27,435 nucleotides of DNA from Candidatus Bathyarchaeia archaeon. Lineage in GTDB: Archaea > Thermoproteota > Bathyarchaeia > Bathyarchaeales > Bathycorpusculaceae. The notes under the pieces are model-generated. The model was not told where the DNA came from. It worked only from the letters and a program-made list of their open reading frames with translations, and searched no databases. Positions 8,482-17,734 of this stretch are shown piece by piece; position 1 is the first letter of the stretch, and each line of letters starts with the position of its first letter. The position numbers and the translations under genes were made by a program. Where the stretch lies: assembly GCA_038882975.1 (NCBI GenBank), contig JAVZNE010000013.1:1-27435 (forward strand), read 5' to 3'.

Positions 8482-8603
8482 TGGTGCGGCGGGCCGGATT
8501 TGAACCGGCGAACCCCTACGGGAGAGGATGGCTCATAGGGGTTTAGCCTTTCTAAACACCGACCTTGAGTCCTCCGCCTTTGACCTGGCTTGGCTACCGC
8601 CGC
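8482..8603 (-). tRNA. tRNA-Leu(CAA) with a 34-nt intron at 37/38 and encoded CCA
   Basis: Reverse complement: GCGGCGG acceptor stem, GAGGA-CTCAAG[intron 8530-8563]A-TCCTC anticodon arm, long variable arm, GCCGG-TTCAAAT-CCGGC T arm, then CCGCCGC-A-CCA. Confidence 0.95.
8530..8563 (-). other. tRNA intron with bulge-helix-bulge motif
   Basis: Intron GTCGGTGTTTAGAAAGGCTAAACCCCTATGAGCC. Exon CTCA pairs with intron TGAG, the bulges are AG^G and CC^A, and there is an internal GTTTAG/CTAAAC hairpin. Confidence 0.9.
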
Positions 8604-8927
8604 CCATCTTTCAAAGAATGGGTAAAGAGATTTAAGCTTACCGACGTGCTCTTAAAACTGGAAAACTAAAGAGGGGGCGGTCTTCTATTGGATTGGAAAA
8701 AGAACAATAAATGTTGGTTTTTTGCCGGCGAGGGGCTTGAAGGTGGATTTATCCACAAAAAAGTTTATTAGTGGGCTGTGCAGTTTTACGTGTTTAGCTC
8801 TAATACATTGGAGACTTTTTAAACTGGATGATCCAAAAGCGGAGGAATTTAAAAGTTTGAGGAAACCCGCAACACGTGTTCGCCTTTATCATCAAGTTAA
8901 AGTGGGAATTGCGGGGGTTAACTTTTA

Positions 8928-11900
8928 ATGGTTAAGCTTTCGAAGGAAGATGTTAATACGCTTTTAAAGGCTTTCTTCAAGGAGAAGGGGCTTGTCCGCC
9001 AACACCTAGACTCCTACAACGAGTTCATAGACCATGGCTTGCAAGAAGTTATAGATGAGGTTGGAGAAATTCCAATAGAAGTTCCAGAGTGCCCCTACAC
9101 TGTTAAGCTTGGACAAGTCTGGATAATAGACCCACAAACGAGGATAAGCGGTCCATACGTGACGGAGGTTGACGGAACAAAACATGAAATCTACCCAATA
9201 GAGGCTAGGCTTCGCAATCTGACTTATGCGGCGCCAATAGCCCTTGAAATGACACCGGTTGTGGACGGCAGGGAACAGGATACAGAGCTCGTTTTTATTG
9301 GCAACATCCCAGTAATGCTCAAGTCTAAACTATGCTTCTTGTCGCAGCTTTCCCGTGAAGAATTGATAGCGGTTGGCGAAGACCCAGATGACCCGGGCGG
9401 CTACTTCATTGTTAACGGCTCTGAACGTGTCATTGTGGCTATGGAGGATCTGGCTCCAAACCGCATAATTGTTGACATAGACGAGAAGGGCGCCACACCA
9501 GTCTATCAAGCTAAACTTTTCTCTACCACGGTTGGCTTCAGGGCGAGAATAGAATTAAAAATCAAGTCTGACGGCGCCTTATACGTTACGATGCCGGGAG
9601 TGCCAACAGAGGTTCCCTTTGTCATTGTTATGCGTGCTTTGGGGCTTGAGTCTGACAAGGAGATTGCCGAAGCTGTTTCCGTTGACGAGGAGATTCAAAG
9701 CGAGCTGGAACCATCCTTTGAGAAGGCTATTGGCGTCGACACGGTTAGAGATGCAATATTATATATTGGAAATCGTGTAGCCCATGGGCAAGTTGAAGAA
9801 TACCGCATTCAGAAGGCTGAAGCAGCCATAGACAAAAACTTCCTACCACATCTTGGAAGGACAAGCCAGAGCCGCCGCGAAAAAGCCATATTCTTGGGTG
9901 AAATGGCGTGCAGAGTCATAGAGCTAAAACTTGGAAGACGAAAGCCAGATGACAAAGACCACTTTAAAAACAAGCGTTTAAGGCTTGCTGGACCACTATT
10001 AGCTGACTTGTTCCGTGTAGCCTTCAGAAACCTTGTGAGAGACATAAAATACCAGCTTGAAAGGATAGGCGTCAAAGGACCAATAATTACGGTTTCGGCT
10101 GCCGTCCGCCCAGGAATAATAACCGAGAGGCTTCAACATGCACTTGCCACTGGAAACTGGGGAAGGGGACGTGTTGGCGTAACCCAACTCCTTGACAGAA
10201 CAAATTATCTCTCAACCCTAAGCCACTTGCGTCGGCTTCAGTCACCGCTTAGCAGGAGTCAACCAAACTTTGAGGCGAGAGACTTGCACTCAACTCATTG
10301 GGGACGCTTATGCCCAAATGAAACACCGGAAGGCTCAAACTGCGGCTTGGTTAAGAACCTTGCATTGTCAGCCTCAATATCAGTCGGGGTAAACCCAGAG
10401 AAGATTAAGCAAATACTGTTCAGCATGGGCGTCACACCAGTTTATGAGGCAAATGAAACGTTGAAGCGTTACAGCGCAAAGGTCTTCGTAGACGGAACAA
10501 TAGTTGGCTACTGTGCCACACCAGAAAAATTTGTTCAAGAGTTTAGGCAACGCAGACGCATGGGAGAAATCTCAACAGAAGTTAACATCGCCTACTTCTC
10601 GAAAGAGTATGGCGAAAGGGAGGAAATATATGTCAACTGCGACGAGGGAAGAGTCAGAAGACCGCTGATAATAGTTGAGAATGGTGTTCCAAAGCTTCAA
10701 CAAGAACACCTAGAAAGGATTGCCCGCGGCGAATGGTCATGGGAAGACCTTGTCAAAAACGGCATAATAGAGTATTTAGACGCTGAGGAAGAGGAAAACG
10801 CCTATGTTGCCTTAAGCGCTAAAGAGATAACCCCCGAGCATACCCACTTGGAAATTGCAACCCACACAATCCTCGGGATTTGTGCTTCCACAATACCTTA
10901 TGCGGAACATAACCAGTCACCCCGCAACTCCTATCAGGCGGCTATGGCAAAGCAGGCGCTCGGCGTCTTCGCCACAAACTTCCCATTACGTGTTGACTCA
11001 AGGGCACACATACTGCACTATCCGCAGACACCATTAGTTGAGACAGCCCTAATGGAGGTTATGGGCTATAAGCTCCGCCCATCAGGGCAGAATTGTATTG
11101 TGGCGGTTCTATCCTATGAAGGCTACAACATGGAGGACGCCCTAATCTTCAACAAAGCCTCAATTGAAAGGGGATTAGGGCGCTCCACATTTTACCGCAT
11201 ATACGAGGCGGAATGCCGCCAATACATGGGCGGACTTAAAGACAAATTTGTCATACCAGAACCGGGAACAAGAGGCTTCAGAGGCGAACAGTATTATAGG
11301 CTTTTGGAGCCCGACGGCATTATAAGCCTAGAAGCCCAAGTCGCCGGCGGAGATGTTCTAATAGGAAGAACAAGCCCGCCAAGATTCTTGGAAGAGTATA
11401 AGGAGTTTGAGGTTAAGGGGCCTTCAATGCGGGACACTTCTGTGGACATGCGGCCGTCAGAAACCGGAATTGTTGACGCCGTCTTCATAACAGAATCCGG
11501 CGAGGGAAGTAAGCTCGTCAAAGTTAGGGTTAGAGATCAGAGAATCCCGGAGCTAGGCGACAAGTTTGCATCCCGCCACGGACAGAAGGGCGTTATTGGG
11601 CTTATTGTGCCCCAGGAGGATATGCCCTTCACAGAGGACGGCATAGTCCCAGACATTATAATTAATCCTCACGCCATCCCTTCAAGAATGACCATTGGGC
11701 AGTTCATAGAATCCATAGCTGGCAAAGTTGCCGCCATGAGGGGCAAACCAGTTGATGGGACACCCTTCTCAAATGAGAGGGTGGAAGACCTAAGAAAAGC
11801 CCTAATAAAGCTTGGCTTCAGCCACACTGGAAAAGAAGTCTTCTATAACGGTGTGACGGGCGAAAAGTTTGTGGCCGACATTTTTGTAGGCATAGTCTAC

Positions 11901-12293
11901 TACCAGAAGCTCCACCACATGGTTGCAGACAAAATCCACGCAAGAGCCAGAGGACAAGTGCAAATGTTGACGAGGCAGCCAACAGAGGGAAGAGCCCGTG
12001 GAGGCGGACTCCGCTTCGGCGAAATGGAGAGAGACTGCCTAATTGGGCATGGCGCCGCCATGCTCCTCCGCGACAGACTTCTGGAGGAGTCTGATAAGTA
12101 TACGCTCTATGTTTGTGAGAACTGTGGCTACATAGCCTACTACGACATAAAACAGAGGAAATATGTCTGTAGAATATGCGAAGAAAAGGCGAAAATCTCA
12201 CCTGTAATAGTCTCCTACGCTTTTAAGCTTCTTCTTCAAGAACTGATGAGCCTTTGTGTGGCGCCAAAATTGAAACTTAAGGAGAGGGCTTAA
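8928..12293 (+). CDS. rpoB: DNA-directed RNA polymerase subunit B (Rpo2), unsplit
   Basis: GGYFIVNGSERV, ETPEG.NCGLVKN, GYNMEDA, GDKFASRHGQKG, RFGEMERD and a C-terminal zinc finger; single 1121-aa chain. Confidence 0.99.
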   Translation: MVKLSKEDVNTLLKAFFKEKGLVRQHLDSYNEFIDHGLQEVIDEVGEIPIEVPECPYTVKLGQVWIIDPQTRISGPYVTEVDGTKHEIYPIEARLRNLTYAAPIALEMTPVVDGREQDTELVFIGNIPVMLKSKLCFLSQLSREELIAVGEDPDDPGGYFIVNGSERVIVAMEDLAPNRIIVDIDEKGATPVYQAKLFSTTVGFRARIELKIKSDGALYVTMPGVPTEVPFVIVMRALGLESDKEIAEAVSVDEEIQSELEPSFEKAIGVDTVRDAILYIGNRVAHGQVEEYRIQKAEAAIDKNFLPHLGRTSQSRREKAIFLGEMACRVIELKLGRRKPDDKDHFKNKRLRLAGPLLADLFRVAFRNLVRDIKYQLERIGVKGPIITVSAAVRPGIITERLQHALATGNWGRGRVGVTQLLDRTNYLSTLSHLRRLQSPLSRSQPNFEARDLHSTHWGRLCPNETPEGSNCGLVKNLALSASISVGVNPEKIKQILFSMGVTPVYEANETLKRYSAKVFVDGTIVGYCATPEKFVQEFRQRRRMGEISTEVNIAYFSKEYGEREEIYVNCDEGRVRRPLIIVENGVPKLQQEHLERIARGEWSWEDLVKNGIIEYLDAEEEENAYVALSAKEITPEHTHLEIATHTILGICASTIPYAEHNQSPRNSYQAAMAKQALGVFATNFPLRVDSRAHILHYPQTPLVETALMEVMGYKLRPSGQNCIVAVLSYEGYNMEDALIFNKASIERGLGRSTFYRIYEAECRQYMGGLKDKFVIPEPGTRGFRGEQYYRLLEPDGIISLEAQVAGGDVLIGRTSPPRFLEEYKEFEVKGPSMRDTSVDMRPSETGIVDAVFITESGEGSKLVKVRVRDQRIPELGDKFASRHGQKGVIGLIVPQEDMPFTEDGIVPDIIINPHAIPSRMTIGQFIESIAGKVAAMRGKPVDGTPFSNERVEDLRKALIKLGFSHTGKEVFYNGVTGEKFVADIFVGIVYYQKLHHMVADKIHARARGQVQMLTRQPTEGRARGGGLRFGEMERDCLIGHGAAMLLRDRLLEESDKYTLYVCENCGYIAYYDIKQRKYVCRICEEKAKISPVIVSYAFKLLLQELMSLCVAPKLKLKERA

Positions 12294-12294
12294 A

Positions 12295-15200
12295 ATGGCG
12301 GTTGAGGAAGTCGCCCATAAAGTTGTTGATGAAATCCGTTTCGGCTTACTCTCACCCCAGGAAATACGCAAACTGTCGGTTGTTGAAATTCAGACGCCGG
12401 ACACCTACGACGAGGATGGCGCTCCAATAACTGCTGGGCTTATGGACGGAAGGCTTGGCACCCTTGAGCCTAGGCAGAGATGCAAAACTTGCGGCAACAC
12501 GGCTATACGTTGTCCGGGACATTTTGGGCACATAGAGCTAGCCGTCCCAGTAATTCACATAGAGTTTGCAAAAATAATTTATGACCTTCTTAGGGTTACG
12601 TGCCGAAACTGTGGGCGGATTCTGCTTCCAGAAGAAGCCGTTAAAAAGTTGAAGGCAAGAATTGATAAAACCCGTCAGCTGCTGGGAACAGTTCCAGACG
12701 AAATTTTTAAACGAATCACTCAAGAGATAAGAACTAAAACTTGCCCCCACTGTAACGCTGCCCAATACAAAATAACCTTTGAAAAACCCACAAAGTTCAG
12801 CGAAGAAATCCCTGGAAGCGGTTCGCAACTCTTAACCCCCAGCATGGTTAGAGAGCGACTTGAACGTATACCGAATGATGATTTAGAGCTTCTGGGCTTT
12901 GATCCAAAAACAGCCCGCCCTGAATGGATGGTTCTCCAAGTTTTGCCAGTTCCGCCAGTTTATGTACGTCCATCAATAACCTTGGAGTCTGGCATCCGCT
13001 CTGAGGACGACTTAACCCACAAACTTGTAGACATAATCCGCATAAACCAACGCCTAAAAGAAAACATGGAAGCTGGCGCCCCAACCCTCATAATTCAAGA
13101 CTTGTCGGAGCTCCTACAGTATCATGTGACAACTTACTTCAACAACGAGGCTTCTGGCATTCCGCCGGCAAGACACCGTTCAGGAAGAGCCCTTAAAACG
13201 CTTTCCCAAAGGCTTAAGGGCAAGGAGGGAAGATTCAGAAGTAACCTCTCCGGAAAGCGCGTCGACTTTTCGGCGCGGACAGTGATTTCTCCAGACCCAA
13301 ACCTCGACATTAACGAAGTTGGCGTTCCGATGGAGGTTGCCATGAGGCTTTCAGTTCCAGAAAAAGTGACGGCATGGAATATTGAAGAGATGCGGAAACT
13401 TGTCATAAATGGTCCCTTCAAATATCCTGGGGCTCTCTACATTATCCGTCCAGACGGAAAAAGGATTAGACTTGAGTTTGTCACTGACCGGGAGAAGATT
13501 GCCGAGTCTTTGGAGCCAGGCTACATTGTTGAGCGCCACCTAAGAAATGGCGACATAGCCATCTTCAACCGTCAACCGTCCCTCCATAGAATGTCTATTA
13601 TGGCGCATTATGTGCGGGTTTTGCCCTACAAGACCTTCCGCCTACACTTGTGCGTCTGCCCGCCCTACAACGCGGACTTCGACGGGGACGAGATGAACCT
13701 CCATATACCTCAAAGCGAGGAAGCCCAAACAGAAGCCCGCCTCCTCATGCAGGTTCAGGACCAAATCCTCTCCCCGAGGTTTGGCGGTCCAATAATTGGG
13801 GCTATTCGGGACTTTATAACGGCCGCATACCTTTTTACAAGAAAATCAAACTACCTAACAAAGGATGAGGTGAGCAGACTCCTAACCGCTGCTGGCTATG
13901 AGGGGCCACTTCCAGAGCCCCAAATCAAAGAGCCCCAACCCATGTGGAGTGGCAAACAAATCTTCAGCCTTTTCCTGCCAAAGGATTTGAACTATGTTTT
14001 GAAAGCAAACACTTGCCGGGGATGCCCTAAATGCCTCAAAGAGGAGTGTCCCTATGATGCATACGTTGTTGTCAAGAATGGTCAACTAATATGCGGTGTC
14101 ATTGACAGAAAAGCCATAGGCGCCGAGCAGTCTGAAAGCCTCCTTCACAGAATAATTAAGGATTATGGGACTGCTGCTGGACGCGAATTCATAAACAAGG
14201 TTACGAGGCTTTTGAAGCTTTTCATAACAATGAGGGGATTCTCCTACGCCTACGACGAGCTTGTGCTTTCGCCGCAGGCTGAGGCGAAAATAAAGAAGAT
14301 TATGGAGAGGGTTGAAAAGCGCATCGAAGAGCTTATAAAAAGTTACCGCGACGGCACACTGCCAAGGCTTCCTGGACAAACCCTTGAAGACTCCTTTGAA
14401 ATTTACGTCATGAACGAGTTGGCTAAAGCTAGAGATGAGTCTGGGAAAATCGCCGACGAAGACTTCACCCTTGAAAACTCCGGCATAGTCATGACAAGAA
14501 CAGGCGCTAGAGGCTCAAGCCTAAACATTGGACAGATGAGCGCTTGTGTTGGACAGCAAGCCGTCCGTGGAAAGCGTATAATGCGTGGCTATTTGGGGAG
14601 AACACTGCCCCACTTCAAGTTTGGCGACCCATCTCCAAAGGCAAGGGGCTTCGTTTACTCCTCATACCAGAAGGGTTTAGACGCCATTGAATTCTTCTTC
14701 CACGCTATGGGTGGACGTGAGGGGCTTGTGGACACGGCTGTCCGGACGCAGCAAAGCGGCTACATGCAGAGACGCCTAATCAACGCTTTGGAGCATCTAC
14801 GCCTAGAATATGACGGAACTGTTAGAAGCTCAACAGGCGACATAATCCAGTTTAAGTATGGCGAGGACGGTGTTGACCCGGCTAAAAGCGACCATGGAAA
14901 GGCTGTAAACGTAAGCCGCTTAGTTGAACAGATAAGAATTGGCATGGAGAAGGGCAAGCCAGCACCTCCAGAATACATTAAGGAGAAGCTTAAGGCTGTT
15001 GAAGACCAGCTCACACCTCTACTGATAAGCGAGCTAAAGCAATGCCTAACAGAGGCGAAGCTCAGCAAAGAGGGCGTTGACAAAGCCATAGAGCTAACAG
15101 TTGAACACTATAAGCGAGCCTTAATGGAGCCGGGCGAGGCTGTAGGCATAGTTTCAGCCCAATCCATAGGCGAGCCAGGCACACAAATGACGCTTAGGAC

Positions 15201-16116
15201 TTTCCACTATGCTGGTGTTAGGGAGCAGAACGTAACTTTAGGCTTGCCTCGGCTTATAGAAATTGTTGATGCGCGGAGGATTCCGTCAACGCCGATAATG
15301 GTCATATACTTGGATGAGAAGCACCGCAAAAGTAGAGAAGCTGCCGTGAAAATCGCCAGAAACATACTTTACACGACTATAGAAAATATTGCCCAAGCAG
15401 TATACCAAGACCCGGTGCGAGGGGAAATCATTGTTGAGTTGAATAAGGCTATGATGGAGGATAGGGGCGTAACAATACAGGAGCTTAAGGAGAAGGTGAA
15501 GATTGCCAACTGCACAGTGAAGATAACGGGAAACCGTATTCACGTGAAGCCTAAAAAGCCAGAAGCCCTAAAAAGGCTTCTTGACAAGGTTTCATCATTT
15601 TACATTAAGGGTGTTCCGGGCATAAAACGCGTTCTCGTAACAGAGGAGCATGGCGAATGGGTTATACGCACCGACGGCTCAAACCTCCCCAAAGTTTTAG
15701 AAGTTTACGGTGTTGACACCACAAGAACGACAACGAACAACGTTCACGAAATAGCCAAAACGCTGGGGATAGAAGCCGCCAGAAATGTCTTAATACAGGA
15801 GGCTAAGAGCGTTTTGGAGGAGCAGGGCTTGGATGTTGACATCCGCCACGTTATGCTTGTTGCTGATATGATGACTGCAACGGGCGAGGTGCAGCAAATC
15901 GGCAGGCACGGTGTTAGCGGTAAGAAGGCAAGTGTTTTGGCGAGGGCAGCCTTCGAGATTACCGTCCCCAACATTGTGGAGGCTGCTATAAGAGGGGAAA
16001 GCGACCCGCTGGAGGGTGTAACTGAAAACGTTATTGTTGGGCAGTCCATACCCGTCGGCACCGGGCTTGTGGAGTTGTTTATGTCTACTTCTGAGCTTAA
16101 GAGGGAAAACAAATGA
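12295..16116 (+). CDS. rpoA1: DNA-directed RNA polymerase subunit A'/A'' (Rpo1), fused
   Basis: CPGHFGHIEL, catalytic YNADFDGDEMN and bridge helix GGREGLVDTAVRT continue without a stop into A'' motifs (AQSIGEPGTQMTLRTFH, LARAAFE); 1273 aa. Confidence 0.99.
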   Translation: MAVEEVAHKVVDEIRFGLLSPQEIRKLSVVEIQTPDTYDEDGAPITAGLMDGRLGTLEPRQRCKTCGNTAIRCPGHFGHIELAVPVIHIEFAKIIYDLLRVTCRNCGRILLPEEAVKKLKARIDKTRQLLGTVPDEIFKRITQEIRTKTCPHCNAAQYKITFEKPTKFSEEIPGSGSQLLTPSMVRERLERIPNDDLELLGFDPKTARPEWMVLQVLPVPPVYVRPSITLESGIRSEDDLTHKLVDIIRINQRLKENMEAGAPTLIIQDLSELLQYHVTTYFNNEASGIPPARHRSGRALKTLSQRLKGKEGRFRSNLSGKRVDFSARTVISPDPNLDINEVGVPMEVAMRLSVPEKVTAWNIEEMRKLVINGPFKYPGALYIIRPDGKRIRLEFVTDREKIAESLEPGYIVERHLRNGDIAIFNRQPSLHRMSIMAHYVRVLPYKTFRLHLCVCPPYNADFDGDEMNLHIPQSEEAQTEARLLMQVQDQILSPRFGGPIIGAIRDFITAAYLFTRKSNYLTKDEVSRLLTAAGYEGPLPEPQIKEPQPMWSGKQIFSLFLPKDLNYVLKANTCRGCPKCLKEECPYDAYVVVKNGQLICGVIDRKAIGAEQSESLLHRIIKDYGTAAGREFINKVTRLLKLFITMRGFSYAYDELVLSPQAEAKIKKIMERVEKRIEELIKSYRDGTLPRLPGQTLEDSFEIYVMNELAKARDESGKIADEDFTLENSGIVMTRTGARGSSLNIGQMSACVGQQAVRGKRIMRGYLGRTLPHFKFGDPSPKARGFVYSSYQKGLDAIEFFFHAMGGREGLVDTAVRTQQSGYMQRRLINALEHLRLEYDGTVRSSTGDIIQFKYGEDGVDPAKSDHGKAVNVSRLVEQIRIGMEKGKPAPPEYIKEKLKAVEDQLTPLLISELKQCLTEAKLSKEGVDKAIELTVEHYKRALMEPGEAVGIVSAQSIGEPGTQMTLRTFHYAGVREQNVTLGLPRLIEIVDARRIPSTPIMVIYLDEKHRKSREAAVKIARNILYTTIENIAQAVYQDPVRGEIIVELNKAMMEDRGVTIQELKEKVKIANCTVKITGNRIHVKPKKPEALKRLLDKVSSFYIKGVPGIKRVLVTEEHGEWVIRTDGSNLPKVLEVYGVDTTRTTTNNVHEIAKTLGIEAARNVLIQEAKSVLEEQGLDVDIRHVMLVADMMTATGEVQQIGRHGVSGKKASVLARAAFEITVPNIVEAAIRGESDPLEGVTENVIVGQSIPVGTGLVELFMSTSELKRENK

Positions 16117-16451
16117 TAGACATTGACAAGGCTATTTCAACAGCTGTTAAAACTGGCAAGGTTTCTTTTGGCTCTAATTCAGCGATTCAAAGTGCTAAAA
16201 CTGGAAAAGCGAAGATGATTATTGTGGCTTCCAATTGTCCAGCTGAAATCCGCAGCGACCTAGAATATTACTGCAAGCTTTCGAATGTTCCGCTAATTGT
16301 TTATAGGGGTTCTTCGACAGATTTAGCGGCTGTTTGTGGAAAACCCTTCCTTGTTTCAGCGTTAACTATAAGAGAGCCCGGTGATTCAGAAATTCTTAGA
16401 CTGGTAGAGGCGCCTACTGAAGCCGAGGGGTCGGAAGGAGGAAGCGAATGA
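16113..16451 (+). CDS. rpl30e: 50S ribosomal protein L30e
   Basis: AVKTGKVSFG, GKAKMIIVASNCP and CGKPFLVS....PGDSEIL; canonical position after rpoA with an ATGA overlap. Confidence 0.97.
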   Translation: MIDIDKAISTAVKTGKVSFGSNSAIQSAKTGKAKMIIVASNCPAEIRSDLEYYCKLSNVPLIVYRGSSTDLAAVCGKPFLVSALTIREPGDSEILRLVEAPTEAEGSEGGSE

Positions 16452-16885
16452 GTAGCGGTATAAAATTCACCAGCACGGAAATGAAGTATATAGCCCTCTT
16501 CGAAAGCATAAGCGGCGCCAGCGTAAAAGACTGCATAGTTGACGAGGAGCAAGGCCGCGTAATCATGGTTGTCAAAGAAGGCGACATAGGAGCAGCCATA
16601 GGAAAAGGCGGAAAAAACATAAGGCTTCTGGAGCGGATGACGGGCAAAAAACACGAGATTATAGAGTATTCTGAAGACCCAGTCCAGTTCATTAAAAACG
16701 CTTTGAAACCAGCTAACGTCCAAGAGGTTAGGATAACTGAGAGACCCGACGGCAAAACAATAGCCGTTGTGTCGGTCCATCCAAGAGACAAGGGTGTAGC
16801 CATAGGAAAAAATGGAAGGAATGCTGAACGCCTCCGCATGCTGGTGAAACGCTACTTCCAAATACAAAACGTCAGCATAGTCTAA
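16448..16885 (+). CDS. nusA: Archaeal NusA (two KH domains)
   Basis: AIGKGGKNI and AIGKNGRN KH loops; canonical position after rpl30e. Confidence 0.97.
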   Translation: MSSGIKFTSTEMKYIALFESISGASVKDCIVDEEQGRVIMVVKEGDIGAAIGKGGKNIRLLERMTGKKHEIIEYSEDPVQFIKNALKPANVQEVRITERPDGKTIAVVSVHPRDKGVAIGKNGRNAERLRMLVKRYFQIQNVSIV

Positions 16886-16920
16886 AACGCCAAAAAATGA
16901 AAAGAGGGCGGAAAGCGACC

Positions 16921-17106
16921 ATGAAGAAAAATTTAGTCGCAATCATTATTGTTCACATACTACTTTTAGTGTCTGCTTTCACTAACCGTGTTTACGCAGC
17001 AGAAGAATCCCTCCCAAACAAGTTTTTAGGCAGCCCCCTCCTGATTCTCACAGCAATAATCATCATCGACATCATAGCCTACCTCTACAGAAAAATCAGA
17101 AAATAG
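16921..17106 (+). CDS. Small membrane protein: signal peptide plus one TM helix
   Basis: MKKNLVAIIIVHILLLVSAFTNRVYA signal-like segment, short linker, TM PLLILTAIIIIDIIAYLY and basic tail RKIRK. Confidence 0.6.
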   Translation: MKKNLVAIIIVHILLLVSAFTNRVYAAEESLPNKFLGSPLLILTAIIIIDIIAYLYRKIRK

Positions 17107-17187
17107 AATCGAAGTTTAAACGATTTCTTCTGGACATTAGTCAGCACCACACAATCATGAAAGCCATAACTGTAGAAATGTTTTTAG

Positions 17188-17613
17188 CTATAAACTCTGC
17201 ATCTTATTTTTAAGCAATATTTTGCATGTTTCATAAATGTACGATAAAGTGGCAATCATCATTACCACTGTAGCGAATACATATTCCTTTGTCAACACCG
17301 GAGGTTTAAATAAAACAACATGTAAAACTGTTGCGGCAGCAAAGAAAATGGAAAAAAACAGATACTTGGGAATTAGCAAACTTCTAATCCTAACAAGATT
17401 CCGGAAAATCATTTTATCCACTACGTAGCCCTCCATAGTTTGCTTAATTATGCCAGCTTCCTCAAGCTTTGCCAAGTGATAAGATGCCAGTGTTGGACTA
17501 CTTAATCTAAGGGCTCTTTGAACTTCACGTATTCCTACAGGTTTTCCCTTCTTTAACATATAATAGTACACACGCAGAGTTGTGCCTGTTAGAATTTCAT
17601 TCTCCTCTTTCAT
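17188..17613 (-). CDS. Membrane-anchored winged-HTH transcriptional regulator
   Basis: LTGTTLRVYYYML..GKPVGIREVQRALRLSSPTLASYHLAKLEEAGII wHTH followed by two TM helices. Start trimmed to ATG 17613. Confidence 0.85.
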   Translation of the reverse strand: MKEENEILTGTTLRVYYYMLKKGKPVGIREVQRALRLSSPTLASYHLAKLEEAGIIKQTMEGYVVDKMIFRNLVRIRSLLIPKYLFFSIFFAAATVLHVVLFKPPVLTKEYVFATVVMMIATLSYIYETCKILLKNKMQSL

Positions 17614-17656
17614 TTCAATAACGATTTTACTTAAGCATGTATTTTTGATTATTGGC

Positions 17657-17684
17657 GTACAAAAATATTGTACAAATGTACAAA
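17657..17684. promoter_or_regulatory. GTACAAA triple repeat / inverted repeat; candidate operator
   Basis: GTACAAA at 17657, 17670 and 17678, with inverted repeat GTACAA-N5-TTGTAC (17657-17673) in a divergent intergenic gap. Confidence 0.5.
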
Positions 17685-17734
17685 AGTATAGCATTAAATC
17701 AATGTTTCGCGTAAAAAAATTTGGTGATATAAAA

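Noticed and set aside
8465-8603. Integrated element at the tRNA-Leu 3' end
   Set aside because: No integrase and no duplicated tRNA 3' fragment seen in the window; the flanks are housekeeping genes.
8722-8928. 68-aa ORF in the rpoH position
   Set aside because: No RpoH motifs, TTG start, and it overlaps the likely rpoB promoter and leader; probably spurious.
9809-16112. Numerous short antisense or alternate-frame ORFs within rpoB/rpoA
   Set aside because: Expected shadows of long coding sequences.
8928-16116. Inteins in the RNA polymerase subunits
   Set aside because: Lengths are normal and no intein splice motifs or LAGLIDADG insertions were seen.
16301-16942. 213-aa and 141-aa antisense ORFs over rpl30e/nusA
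   Set aside because: Shadow ORFs of conserved genes with no protein-like features.
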